Translations under genes and position numbers: made by a program
Shown here: positions 38,806 through 52,116 of the stretch, piece after piece
Layout of the letters: every line of letters begins with the position of its first letter
How positions within the stretch are numbered: position 1 is the stretch's first letter
NCBI GenBank assembly: GCA_002633005.1
Contig: NMRA01000029.1
Span: forward strand, 1,345,796 to 1,409,795
From: Phoronis australis
Taxonomy: Eukaryota; Animalia; Phoronida
Length of the DNA: 64,000 nucleotides
Direction: 5' to 3'
Notes under the pieces: model-generated
Databases searched by the model: none
Told to the model about the DNA's origin: nothing
The model's input: only the letters and a program-made list of their open reading frames with translations

Positions 38806-39087
38806 CTGTTTTTGTACCGTTGTACTTCTTCAGAGCACTTGAGACCTCAGTCCAGCCCGCTTTTTTCGTTGTCACCGAAACAAAGTACCAGGAGGCTGGT
38901 TCTAATCCCGCGCAGATACCGTGATTGCTGATGTTGTTGACAACGGCGGTACTTGCCACTCGTCCAGAACGAACAGAAATGCAGGAGATCAAGTAGACGT
39001 CTTTCTTTCCTCTGGCATGTGTCCAAGTTACACTGAGCGAAGAATATGTCTGGCTCATAGCGCCGACGTCTCTCACCACAGCCAGTT
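38806..39087 (-). CDS. Gene C exon: FN3 domain 7
   Basis: taccag|AA...ACA G|gtacat, 282 nt, phase 1-1; SLSVTW...Y...GLEPASWYFVSV. Confidence 0.88.
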
Positions 39088-39331
39088 CTGGTACATATAC
39101 AACAGTGATTGATAAACGTGGTCATTGGGCAAACATACTAAACGGTGATGTGCAAGTAGCTCTTGGAAGAAGGCATGATCTTTTTTTTCTGAATTTGGAA
39201 GTGCCTTAAGATAAGGCTTGCATTCCCTGTATACTGTTACTTGACAAGGCAATTCAAAGCACTTACCCAGACTTTTGACAACACCAATTAACCCTTAGTT
39301 TGGAGTATCATGCTTATGCAAGTATATTTAC

Positions 39332-39610
39332 TTGTTTTGGTCATCTCATCTTTCACGAAATTCCACGAATCTTTCCATCCGTCTTTTTTCGTGGATATCT
39401 TTACAGAATACCAGACGCCCGCAGTCAACCCGCCACATGAGGCAAAATTAGCTGAAGAATTAACAATCTGTCTACTAGACCTCGCAATTTGTTCGCCAGG
39501 AACACAGTTTACCGAGTAGTAGTCCTTTCCTCCTTCAGCATGCGTCCAGTTGAAACTAAGTAACGACTGCGTCTGAAGTATCACCGTAATATTCCGCGGA
39601 CAGTCCAATT
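39332..39610 (-). CDS. Gene C exon: FN3 domain 6
   Basis: ttgtag|AA...ACA A|gtaaat, 279 nt, phase 1-1; PRNITV...FNW...GLTAGVWYSV. Confidence 0.88.
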
Positions 39611-40271
39611 CTACAAACAATTATGTGACGCACGAGAACATTATATAGAAGCAAGGTGACACCCTGGGTTCCCATTTAGAAAACACTTACATGACCAGGA
39701 AGTATGCAAGTGCATATCCACGAGTGAAACGTTAAAGCCGTTGTTAAACCAAGTGAGGGGATATAATAATAGTAGTCATCATTCCGTGCTTCCGTCATTT
39801 GGTCCATTCGTCCGTTCGTCCACTCCGTCGTGCCGAAAAACGCTTTTTGTCTAACTCCATCTAAAGCTGTTATCGAATGACGACTAAACCCTAAAAAGTG
39901 TTCTTACGAATTAACATAGCGCAACGTGAAGCGATTCTGCTTAACTCCTTAAATTATGACTCGTTTTTGATTTCCACAGATGCATGAAGGATATCTTACA
40001 TTTAGTATCACATGTCAATCAAAGCCAAAGGCGTTTATCACGATGAAATGTCCTACCGGATATCGTCGGCATTTTGTGATAAGATGCTTATCGTCAGCGT
40101 CTTGGGATTCAACCGTATTTCCTAAAATTATAACCGCTTTCACGCCTGTACATTTGCAGCATATAGAGAAACGTTATTTAACCCGACATTTTCAAGCCGT
40201 TACCCTAACATTTAACTACAACGATTCAACCGCAGAGTGAAGTCTGATGGTTTCGATGCAACTGTATTTAC

Positions 40272-40553
40272 TTGTTTTGGATGTTTCGTCTTTCACGAAA
40301 CTCTCTGAAGAATCGTTCCATCCGTCTTTTTTAGTGAATATCTTTACAGAATACCAGGTGCCCGCTGTCAACCCGCTACAGGAAGCAAAATTAGCTGAAG
40401 AATTAACAATCTGTCTACTGGATAGTGCACCTTGTTCGTCGGAAACACAGTTTACCGAGTAGTAGTCCTTGTCACCTTCAGCATGTGTCCAGTTGAAATT
40501 CAGTAACGACGGCGTCTGAAGTATCACAGTAATATTCCGCGGACGGTCCAATT
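40272..40553 (-). CDS. Gene C exon: FN3 domain 5
   Basis: ttgcag|AA...ACA A|gtaaat, 282 nt, phase 1-1; close paralog of 39332-39610. Confidence 0.88.
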
Positions 40554-41530
40554 CTGCAAAGGAAATTTTTAGTTTTACATCGGTCAGCGCTCACAAATAG
40601 CCTAATGAGACGTTATTCAAGTTACTTGTTGGTAAAATGCCCCTTAACAATTACAACGTGACTCGATCCCACTCCCTGTTTTCTTCCCAAAAATTGCCGC
40701 TTGTAGCCTATATGTGGAACAACAAGTGGAGGGGGAAGTACTTCATTCGTTCCTCTACGAATAAAAATCTGTTACATTTTAAATAGAATTCCATATTGTT
40801 CTATTTCAATATGAAGTAGCTATTAACTATCCAAAGTTCTTACTTCGATTCGTTTTTCTTCGGAAATTTTAAATACAAAAAAGGAGTTTCTGAACGGAAG
40901 TAATCAAAAATACAATTATTCTCCACCGCTAAAAATTATGTAATCAGGTTTTGCTCAAGTCAATGTTTAGTAAATTAAAGGTGAATAAGCAAATTGAACG
41001 TGGCTTGTTAATGTCTTCGTTCAAGCTAGAAAAGCATCTGAACGGGAAAACAGACACTCCCAACTTTCTGCCAATTAAGACAAAAGTGATCGAAGACACA
41101 TTTTCAGTAGATTTCCTTTGTTTTGCTTTGTTTTGAAGTTGACATTCGTTCTATCAATAGATCTTCAGTTCGGCTACTACTTCACCACGGTCAAACGATT
41201 ATATGACGACTCCACTGTAAGCTTGTATGGGTCGCGTCTGTGAGAAGCTTTGCGGTACATGTCCGTCTTCGGTAGCAAGTCATCGATGGCTTTAAGACCA
41301 CAATGAGAAAAAAATAACATCTAGTCACATTTTCCATACCTTTGTTCCTTGTCAGAAATGTGTGGGGTTTTTGACCCTTTTGAGAGCTTTCGAAAATCTC
41401 TGGTAAATCCAACTTTTTTCAAAAAAAATTTGATTTAGACCAAACTAGATGTGATACCGATGTTGAAAATATTTCACAATTTGCCACTGCTTGCGAGCAA
41501 GCCCTACAAGTTTGGCTATTATGTGAAACA

Positions 41531-41962
41531 AACTCCATTCTGGCATTTATGGTTGGAGGGCCAGCTCTCTTTTGTTCGATAATTGCTCTAATCTCGATTA
41601 AGATTGCATCTAGCCTGACTGGACTGTGCTGTTAGAAAGTTAAGTTATAACATATTTGAACATAAACCAATAGCATTTCTGAAATTGTCGTGAAACGGTG
41701 ATCATGTTTAGTTTTGAATCGCCAAAATCGCTCAACTGCAACCGAAGTTACGACAATCTATTCTTTCCGATCGTACCAATTCGCTCTGGGTTTGACTGTG
41801 TTCACAGGTGGTCTGTAATAAGCCTGGTAGATAATTGGCCTGCCTGTTGTCATAACAGACAAAAGACTGTGATTGGCAGCTAACAAAAAAGCTAGACATG
41901 TTATCACACGCTCACAACCCTCTTCGTCTGGTAAAGTCACTGAACGGGAAAACGCCGCCATG
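41531..41962. mobile_element. MITE copy 2 (5'-truncated)
   Basis: Homologous to 18228-18667 and ends aacgggaaaacgccgccatg. Confidence 0.8.
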
Positions 41963-42155
41963 TTACTAACAACTTGACATCAGGTCAGTTATATAATGTA
42001 GTGGTATGTGATTTAAATCAAATTACTTTGTTTGACGAATTTCGGCTTTGCAATGGCTTTAAATTGCGACCTTCAACAATGATGGAAGGTTAGGTGTACT
42101 GGGAACAAAAATAAAAGACCCAACCTGTGTTCTTTCGAAACTCACAACAACCCAC

Positions 42156-42437
42156 TTGTTTTGGTTGAGTCATTTCTCAAGGCAACCGTAGCAATCTTAG
42201 GCCAGCCGCTAACTTCCACAGACACAGAGTATTGAGTTCCTGGCGTCAACTCATGACACATCCCTTTGTTTGACGAGACATTAACCCGAGATAGCGTAAC
42301 ATTAACACTAGCCGATAAACATGGAGTGCAGGTCACGATGTACCATAACACCTCGTTATAGTTGTCATGATTCCAACCAACAAGCAGCGACTTTGTCGTC
42401 CGTTGGAGGACGGAGATTCCAGTTATTTTCCAAAAAT
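42156..42437 (-). CDS. Gene C exon: FN3 domain 4
   Basis: ttttag|AT...ACA A|gtgggt, 282 nt, phase 1-1; SLLVGW...ELTPGTQYSVSV. Confidence 0.85.
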
Positions 42438-43800
42438 CTAAAAAATGAAAAGGCGTGCTACCTGACGGCTGATCAAACATGCAACCGCGACGCAGCTACA
42501 CGAAATCAATGCTTTAGTAACAAAAGTTGATATCAAAACTCAAAAATTTTGGAACGAAGCAATCTTTTAATACTTAATGTCACAAGAAAGTTGTTGCTTT
42601 GTGGCAAACTGTTGAACCCCCGTAACAGCCAAAGCAGTCTGTACAGTTGGCGGCAATCACATGTAGCACAAGTGCTCGAGGTCTAACATTTGTACTCAAA
42701 TCTAACTCGAAATTTTTGTTGCCATTTCCCGTCCTGCTTTTATAAGATCTCAAGAAAATTGTCTGTCAAACTGTTCACTTGGTACTTTTACGGTTTGTTA
42801 GTAAAGATTTCTTGAATTTCTGTTGAAGTAGAAGAATTTTTTCTTAAGTTTGAATAACAAAAAACGTTCTGTCACTTAGTGGTTTTTTCTCCAACACGGC
42901 AAAGCACGTCTGGTTATATGTTCTGGCAAGACATAGACGTAGCGAATTTCCCTTATATGGAAATTGTGACCTTTGATCTTTGAAGTAAACTTCAGAATGG
43001 CGACTTCAAGCACCAGCCATTTTGATTCCTTTGAGCGCTTGCACACATGCATGTTGTCAGGAGTGGAGAATTTGAAAAGAGTTTTGGATGAAAGAGTTTA
43101 TATTTCGCCTGTTTCAAAAATAATGAATCTAACGACTCTCATCGAAATTCTTGCAATATTAAAAGTGCATCCCGAAAATTAGGTCTGTCGAAAATACGAA
43201 CTTTCGCTTTCTATTGCTCTTTAAAGTAGAAGGGAAAATTGAAAAAAATAATATGACTTTTACTACAAATATTATACCTCGGTCTCTGGTGTCAGTCTGC
43301 ACAACATTTTCTCCAAGGTCTTTTCCAATGTTTTTTACTCATGCTTCAAGTCATTCTCCACTTCTAAAATCACATGGAGCGCTGTTTGACTGACTTCGCA
43401 TAAGCGCAGATAAAATTCCCTTCCGAGACAGAATTTGAGGTTACCGATATAACCCAGGTGTTCCGAATTGTTCAGATTCAATTTAGAAACTCAAAAAACG
43501 AAGACGAACTCTATTAGAAAGCACTTACTTGAAGGTTTGGCATTAGGATCACCCAATGCTGAAACAAATCAACAAATCTTATCCCACGAGCGTTTTAAGC
43601 ATATGGTTGGTACATGTACAGTAGACACGGCAACAAAATCCTAATGTGCAATGCGATGCGTTATTTCCAATGCAGTTCAGGTGGCATAACCTAATCACAT
43701 ATGAACATATTCGTTTTGAACCTCTTGCATGGCTGAATGAAATTAGCACACGCTGTGTAAACAACTGAATTTACCAAGGACCACACTTGTAACTTCTCAC

Positions 43801-44067
43801 CGCTCATTACGCCGACAGTTTCCGCGTCAGGCCACTCCGCTCTCTTTGTAACAACTGTTACTATGTACCATGAGTTGGGACTCAATCCTGTACAAGTTGC
43901 TGTCTCTGAACTCGAGTTCACCACCACTGTCACGTTTATTCTAGACGTATCATTTGGAATGCACTGAACTTCGTAAAAGTCTTTGTAGCCACCAGCAGGT
44001 TCCCATTGTACCGTCATTGACGAAATAGTACTTTCATCGACTGTTACATTCTTGGCAATCTCCAGGC
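43801..44067 (-). CDS. Gene C exon: FN3 domain 3 (donor uncertain)
   Basis: ttttag|GC...AGC G|gtgaga, 267 nt, phase 1-1; SMTVQWEP...GLSPNSWYIVTV. Confidence 0.8.
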
Positions 44068-44605
44068 CTAAAAATAACAAAATCAAACAATATTCCTATA
44101 TTCAAGAGTAAAGCTGCATTTTTAGATTTTCACTTTAGTTGCTCCTAAACTGAGGCAGTTTTTTCAATCAAAAAGGAGAGTTAAATTTAGCATGCCCTGC
44201 TCGAGCAGAAATAGCAACGAGTCAAGTTACACTGAAGATGCTCATCGTGTTCCGGTTGGTACTCTCTTCCACAGATATTTCAAGCTGCCAGTGCTACGAC
44301 GTAAATCGAAATGCTACATCATCTGCAGCCTGAGGTTGTTAAAACGTCGAGGGACAAGCTTGTGAATACTGAAACGTAATGCTTGAAAAACGCCATTGTG
44401 GTGTCATTAGTACAACTAGTGCTCAGTAATAAATCTTTTTGCAGAACGTTTATTAGTGTATTGAAAACTGGGAGATGTCGTGAGCATGAGCTCCATACAT
44501 GAAGTCTCCTTCGAGGTCTAGAACACCCACACTTCCTTTTCTTTAGGACTCTCTTGAGCAAAAGACCAACTTTAGTTTTTACAGTAAACAAGCTGGAAAA
44601 CGTAC

Positions 44606-44896
44606 TTGTTTTCGTAGAGTTGTCCATAATTATATACTTCTTCGGGGACAAGAAACCTGTTTTCTTTGAACAGATACGGACAAAATATTGAATTCCCGGA
44701 ACCAATCCGGAACACGTTCCACTGCGAGACTTCGTGGGCACTACCAAAATTCTGCCGTTGGTCACGGGCAAAGCGTTGTCATAGCTCAAGCAATCGAGTT
44801 GATAGTAGTCCTTGTCTCCTTCTGTGTGCAACCACTCGGCAGTCAGCGACGTCGGTGTCTTATGAATAATCCGACCTGATTTTACAGCGGAAATCT
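44606..44896 (-). CDS. Gene C exon: FN3 domain 2
   Basis: tgttag|AG...ACA A|gtacgt, 291 nt, phase 1-1; SLTAEW...GLVPGIQYFV. Confidence 0.85.
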
Positions 44897-46410
44897 CTAA
44901 CAATAAGAAAAGGCACATTTCATGGGATGTCGGTGAAACATTTCCGTTCGCACGCGCGCTTTCGTTTTTTCACTAGTTCAAGGCTGTAGTCACGAAATTG
45001 GGTCTACACTTCAAGTGCGAGTAAAACGATCTTATGAGTTAGATGAAAGAAACAACATGGAGCGGGTGTTCCAATATATGATGTGAACCCCGGCACAAAA
45101 TTTTGCACCATTGTTAAGACATATGTGCAAGAACTCTCTGCACATATTGTCGCCCCCTATTCTTGTTGAAAGGTAACCTGTTTGTCACGGCTCATGGCAC
45201 ACGGAGTGACCGTGCGATTGTCAAAAGGGCCTAAACGAAGCTAATAGAAAGTCAAACGGGGCAAAGACGACAACGATAACGACGTTGATGAGACTTCATT
45301 TCAAACACAAAGTATCAGTGCCGCTGCGGGGCTAGTTTATGACACGCAGTTTCCATGTTTGGCATAACCACTTCGGAAGTCAGTCTCGTTTCCGGAGAGT
45401 TGATTTTGTAGGTGTCTTGTGATATTAAAAACTTTTTTACAGCGTACCAATGGACATGATCTAAATTTTTTATATTGGAAGAGTAAAATTCGTTGAATAC
45501 ACGACACTAGCTTGCTGCACATTCAAAACAGGCTTCTCGAATGCAATGAAAAAAGATTGCAATATTTTCAATCGCACCACATTGTGCTCTACACACAGAA
45601 CTGGTGTGTTTTCCACAATTTCTTGATGGGTGATTCTACGTACATGACATTGCAGTAAAAGATCATGGATGGCGCCATTTTGAAGATGCATAGATAACAG
45701 ACGGGAAAGACAGCACATCGGCTGTCCAATGAAACATTTTTGCTTGACACTTGACCGAAGACATTCGTTCATAGGGCATACAATTGCATAAACAACACTA
45801 CACTGGGCAACAGGGCGGACTTTCGCTTTAGACAAAATTGGAGGACTTCCTGTTCCGATAATAAATATTGATATCGAGGTAATCATGGGAAAACTTATCG
45901 GTGTTCAAAAAACACCGTCTCGAAAGTGACAGATTTTACTAACACGAGAAACATATTCTCAGACATGGCTTTGCTGATCTCAGGAATGAAAAATGCAAAT
46001 GCAATCGAGCAAAAACATACATGTAAGCGTCTTCTCTACATCTGAATGGAGAGTCACTGGGTAGGTAAACAGTGGAAGGCTTGGCAAAATTACGTTTTGT
46101 CAATTAAAGGTATCTGCCATAAACTGAAACAGGAGTCAAGCCGCATAAAATTGGTCAAACAATAAACCCTCACAATTATAAGCCTGGATTTCGTGTGCAA
46201 AACCAACATCAAAACCATCAGCCAGTCAAAAAAGCATAGATTTTAATGAGTGTGTACCAACTTCAAACACACCTGGAACGAGAAAATTCGTATTAAAAAA
46301 CTTTTAAATAAATAGTGGCTAATCTGCGTCTTGGTCATGCTAAAGTGAGAGTTATTCATTTTGAATATTGCTGGTCGTACTTCGGGAGCAAGTTTTACGA
46401 TATTTAGAAT

Positions 46411-49400
46411 TGATTAAACACACGACACTTTTCGTTGTTGCCTGTCTGTATTCCGTTTCGTTCATAGGTTCGGAATAAAATTCTTCTCTAAGTTACACTT
46501 GTTTGCGTGACTTTCTTGTAACCTCCCTTCATTTGTCATTCTTTGCAGTATTTTACACCTGCCGTGTCCCACTGTGAATGTTTCCAGCTTATGTTCTGCG
46601 GTGGCTGTAGTGTTGTTACATTGGAATAGTATAAATATAAGGAGTCATTTCCGGTAAGTCGATCGTCTGACATACACCATACACGTTAGTTTCTGATTTA
46701 ATACTTGTTTTATTAGACTAACTAACGATGCAACACTGGCGACGAGGATCGACAAGACCCCAATAACAACCGAGAAGTCACAGGGATACGTGTTATTCCT
46801 ACATAAACTGTCACGAACTGACATTTGCAGTATATTTGAGCTGTCCTCGCCAGTACACGCTGAGTCCGTGCTGTTGATATGACATCCCTACCTGCCTTAC
46901 CCCCGTTTCTGGTACACGCCAATGAACAGTCCGCGGGTAGTAGGTGGATGAAATGGCTAAACAAGTTTGAAAACATGCTTTTAGCCTTAGACATTACTGA
47001 CACTAAACGTAAGAAAGCCCTATTACTACATTACATAGGCGAAGAGGGGTTCGATATCTATGATAGCATGACAGACGACGCTCAACAGGGTGAAGAAGAT
47101 GCCTATGATACTGTGAAACAAAGCTTCACTACTTCACGCCTAAGCAAAACACTGCATATGAAACATACAAATTCATGCAAGCGGTGCAAGAACCATCAGA
47201 TACAATCGACTCGTTTCACACTCGCTTGAGAACACTTGCAGCCACATGTGACTTTCATGACACAGATTGTGAGATCTTAACACAGATTCTTCATGGGTGT
47301 ACCTCCACTCGACTCCGCCGTCGTGGCCTACGAGACAACATGACGCTGACACAAGCTCTTGACGAAGCGCAAAGATGAAGAGACAGCTTTCAATAACCTG
47401 AAGGATGCGCTGACAAGTACCTCAGTACTTGCATATTTCGACCATCAGAAGAAAACCGAAATACTAGTCGACGCAAGCCCAGTTGACCTAGGTGCTGTCT
47501 TGATGCAAGAAGATAAAGTCATCTCGTATGCAAGCCGTGCACTCACTGACACTGAGACACGATACTCACAGACAGACCAAGAAATGCTCGCACTTGTCTT
47601 TGGAGTTGAAAAGTTCCATATCTACATTTATGGCTCAACCTTCACGATCACCACTGATCACAAACCTTTGCTTGGTATAATCAAGAGCCAGAAGCCGACC
47701 ACAGCAAGAATGGAGCGATGGAGACTACGACTTATGCCATATGAAATGACCGTGCAGTATCGCCCAGGAAAAGATGAGAACAACCTAGCAGACTACATGA
47801 GTCGTCATCCAGTCACACAGCCGAATCGACAAAACGCAGGAGAAGCATACATTCAGTATGTAATGAAGACTGCAGTCCCGAAGTCGATGACTGTAGAAGA
47901 GGTACGTGCAGCGAGCCGAAAAGATCCAGTGATACCGGCGCTGGTAACGGCTATCGAAACTGGAATTTGGAGCACAGCAAAACTGAGCTCGTTCACATCG
48001 TTCAGGGACGAACTATCTGTCGCAGATGGAGTTGTTCTTCGAGGACACAGAATCGTCATTCCTGAGAGCCTCCAGAAGCGTGTAATCACTATTGCCCACA
48101 AGTCCCATCAAGGTGTGGTGAAAACCAAACAGCTCATCCGAGAAAAGGTGTGGTTCAGTGGTATTGACAAGGCCGTAGAAAAGGCTGTGAGCGGATGTAT
48201 TCCATGCCATGTGTCAAACCCTGGACAACCTCACAGAGAACCAATTGTACCTACTGACCTTCCAGTGGAACCGTGGCATTCTCTCGCCATGGATTTTGCG
48301 GGTCCATTTCCTACGGGAGAATATCTTCTTGTAGTTATAGATGAATAGAGCAGATATCCAGAAGTAGAAATCGTCTAATCTACTTCAGCTAAGGCTGTGA
48401 TTCCGAAACTCGAGATGATCTTTGCTCGACATGGCAGCCCCCACAAACTCAAGACCGACAATGGACCGCCATTTAGCAGCCATGAGTTCTCAGCCTTCGC
48501 CCAACAGTTCGGAATCGTTCACAAGAAAGTTACGCCGTTGTGGCCAGAAGCAAATGGCGAAGCAGAGAGATTCATGCAAACTCTGAATAAGTACATACGA
48601 GCAGCAACAACAGCCCAAGAGAATTGGAAGACGCAACTTCCCCCGTTTCTTTCCCAGTACAGAGCGACGCCTCACTCCTCTACCAAGACACCTCCGTTTG
48701 AAGGCCTCACTGGTCGAAAGATGAACATTGGTCTACCCACCATACATCAGTGTCCCAACAACGTTTCAGTTCACAATCGCATCGATGAGAATGACACCTC
48801 CAGCAAGGCCAAGATGAAGTCATATGCTGATAACCGCCGACATACACAGACTTCGAATCTGCGACCTGGATATCACGTGCTAGTGAAGCAACCCAAGTTG
48901 AACAAAACAACACCGCCGTTCCAACCGTCACCTTTCACTGTCTGATAAGAAAGTCAGCATGATTACATCACAACGAGGACAACAGATGATAACCCGTAAT
49001 TCCTCACATTTCCGACAGATCCACGGTGACATCGACACCAACGAAGACGACAAAGAAGATGGATCTACCCAGATCGATACTATAACATCTACTACATCTA
49101 CCAAGAAACTGTCTACATCTAGTCCCAGTCCCCCAAGTGATGAGATTCCAGCTACATCGCAAACCTCCAGACCCAATCGTGACCGACGTCCGCCAGACTA
49201 TTTAAAGGACTATGTACTAACCCGTTAGTTGCCGTCAATCCGATTGTGTGCGAGAGACCATTACAAACAGTGTTTATCACATAGACTTTAGAGTTAGTAA
49301 TTAAGTTCTTGTTCTTACTAGAGTTTAAGATTACTCTAGCATTCAAGTAGCATGTAGTTGTTTACTTCTGTTTGCATTTAGTGTATCAGTTTGCACTAGA

Positions 49401-49828
49401 TCCTAGGTGCCACTTAATTAACCTTTATTAGCAAGTTGTCACGTTCTGTTTAGATCTTCAGGAACTTGTATTGAGTAGGAATCTTCACTCTGTAGTATGG
49501 GAGGATCGTAGTGTTGTTACATTCGAATAGTATCAATGTAAGAGTCATTTCCGGTACGTCGATCGTCTGACATTCACAATACAAGTTAGTTCCTGATTTA
49601 CTTGACTGTTTTATTAGACTAACTAACGATGCAACAGTGGCATTACTGCGTCATTTTATATCCACTTGAGAATGAAATAAGTATGTTTCAAAATATCGTG
49701 TATTTTTTAATTATGTCGCTAGGTCAGTTACTTCATCTATGTTCCGTTGATAGTAGAGTTTTATTCCGAACTTATGAACGAAACGGAATAAAGACTGTCA
49801 ACAACGAAAAGTGTCGTGTGTTTAATCA
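46411..49828. mobile_element. Inverted-repeat (MITE-like) element interrupted by the LTR retrotransposon
   Basis: 46411-46480 (tgattaaacacacgacacttttcgttgttg...ttcggaataaaa) is the near reverse complement of 49759-49828. Confidence 0.7.
46606..49636 (+). mobile_element. Ty3/Gypsy (Mag-like) LTR retrotransposon, internally deleted and defective
   Basis: 130-bp LTRs at 46606-46735 and 49507-49636; 5-bp TSD GTGGC; PBS TGGCGACGAGGA at 46737; purine tract before the 3' LTR; gag-like (RKKALLLHYIG), RNase H (VDASP, TDHKPL), integrase zinc finger (H...HQG...C..C) and core (DF.GP, TDNGP, NGEAER), with stops and frameshifts. Confidence 0.95.
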
Positions 49829-51104
49829 GTTCTGCATTTGAATATTATAAGAATGTTTAGAAAAATCGCCAGACTCCCCACTTTTGAAACACAAAGAAAT
49901 AAACGCGGCTACTCTTAATAATCATTTTGTTTACATTAAATATCAAAGGTCACGTTTTCCATATTAGGGAAATGTGCTACGTCGTTTATGTCTCGCCGTA
50001 ACAAATGAGAAGACGTGCTTTGCCTTGTGGGAGAAAGTGACGAGCAGTTGTCGGATCCTATTTCGTTTGAAAATCGAAACTAAAGGAAAATGCTTTGACA
50101 CCAACAAAAACCCATAATCTTTACAAATATACCTTAAAACTACCTGGTGAACAGTTTTTGTTCTGTTTCAGTCGCAGAAAACCACTGTTGAATAATGCAA
50201 TTTAGTCTGTTTCCGCGTTCTTTGCCTCTTTAAAAGTGCGAGTTTGTACTTGACGCATGTGCACATTGCCTTTGAATTGAATTGCACATTCTGAAAAATT
50301 AGGATCAGACAAGTGTCTGATAAACTCCGAAGCACTTTGGTTTGCACTTCGAAATCTACACTGTGGCGAAATGTCCCTATACGTCGATCGGCTGCGATTT
50401 CATTTCTTGAAGCTGTATTTCGCCCTGTTTAGCTCGTTGAAAAACAAAAATCGAATTACATGTAGGCTTTTTGGTCTCATAAAATTTTGTCTCTTACCAT
50501 TCATTTTCACCAACTTTTGATCGCACCCTACTCGAACTCTGAATCCACGTTAAAATACCCCTATAGGCTCCACCCCATTTACCTCGTTCAAGTTTCAATT
50601 TGTCATGCCTTCGCTTAGGTCTATACGCTGTATCGCGGAGGCCTATACGTGTACACAGTCTAGTAATTCCGCTTTATATACACGTCTGTAGGCGGCGACA
50701 ACTTGTGCCGTCACAATGTGTCAGTACAGTGTACGTACATGTATTATCTCAATGATTACCGGCTGATATCAATACACATATTTTCGCACGCGCTATATGT
50801 TGTGGCACGGACGAGCAAAAGTGTCGAGCGCGACAGTTTACGTCAATTATGTTACAATTTATGTCACAACACACGCCAGAACAGAACGTCATTGAAAAAC
50901 GACGGGCAACAATACAAACTAAGGATAAGGTCTGACATTCCATCGAAAATAGTCAACTACAAGGGGCCCAGTTTGAAGATTGGGAAAAATCGGTTATCTC
51001 AAAATTCGGGACCCCTGTAAGTTATTATTACAATTTCACAATCATAAAAACTCCACACTATTATTCAAACCTGACTGCACAAGACTTTCCACTGAGGCTC
51101 TTAC

Positions 51105-51350
51105 CGGTCTTGCAACTAACAGAGACATGAACGGGATAAAAATGCGTGTGCACTGTCGAGATACGGACATTGTATCGATTCCCTGGGGTCAGGTTGAAGC
51201 ACGTGAACTTCCTCGAAGTGACTTCGACATGTCCTATCTCCTTCGGACACTCGATTATGTAGCCCTCTTTGTAACCTGGTGCCGACTGCCAACGAACTAT
51301 CACGGTGTATTTGTGGGACTCGCAGCTTACCCTGGACACTTTGGCGAGTC
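51105..51350 (-). CDS. Gene C exon: FN3 domain 1
   Basis: gcttag|GA...ACC G|gtaaga, 246 nt, phase 1-1; VIVRW...EGY...NLTPGNRYNVRISTVH, positional paralog of 20849-21100. Confidence 0.88.
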
Positions 51351-51879
51351 CTAAGCATAAATTCATGAACTATGCTACAAATCCACCTTCCGTGACGTTT
51401 TATTATCATTATTTACTGTCATAAAATTGGTCTCCATTTGTTCAAAATAAATAGTTGTGAATTCTGGCATTGGAAAGAACCGACAACTCGGCAGGGAGTT
51501 GACCTGCTAAGAGATGTCGTTGCATTCGACGAGCATAGTCTCGAGAAATGGCGAACTGTTGGCTCTTTGCAAGATCAAAAATCATTTCTTATCTGAGTAA
51601 GGAACATGTTGGGACCAATTTTGTAGTTGTAAGTGGTCTCAGCTTCTTTGAAGGAACGCGTGTGTTTTGCCCTTTTCAAGAACATAATGTTTTCGCGTGA
51701 ATCTCAATTAGGTTTACACTGACATAGGCTCTGGCACTTTAGCTTCCGACAGTTTTAAATACTGAATTGAATTTCAGAAACGAAAGTAAATCTGGCTTTA
51801 GGTGTACCAGCAGTTTACAGTAGACGGACGAGCAGATAATAGATACTGATGTGACAGTAGTTTCGCCTTGTATACCCAC

Positions 51880-52116
51880 CTGTGCATTCGCTTACTTTGC
51901 AAGGCTTCGGTTCGGCTCCTCCCACGGGGTAACACCAAGTGCCAGGACTGAGGTCATTTAGATTGGGATTTCGACAGTAGTTTTCAATCAGTTTCTGATC
52001 TTCGTCGAAAGAACGAATCCGAAAATCCCATCTTTGGCATTCATCCCCGTCCGCCGTCACGTTTACTCGGCCAGTGTAGTGAGAATCCAACGGTCCGAAA
52101 CACGACGAAAAGTCCG
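51880..52116 (-). CDS. Gene C exon: kringle domain
   Basis: ttctag|CG...ACA G|gtgggt, 237 nt, phase 1-1; CF...YTG.VNVT.DG.ECQRW...NYCRNP...WCY...C...C. Confidence 0.92.
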
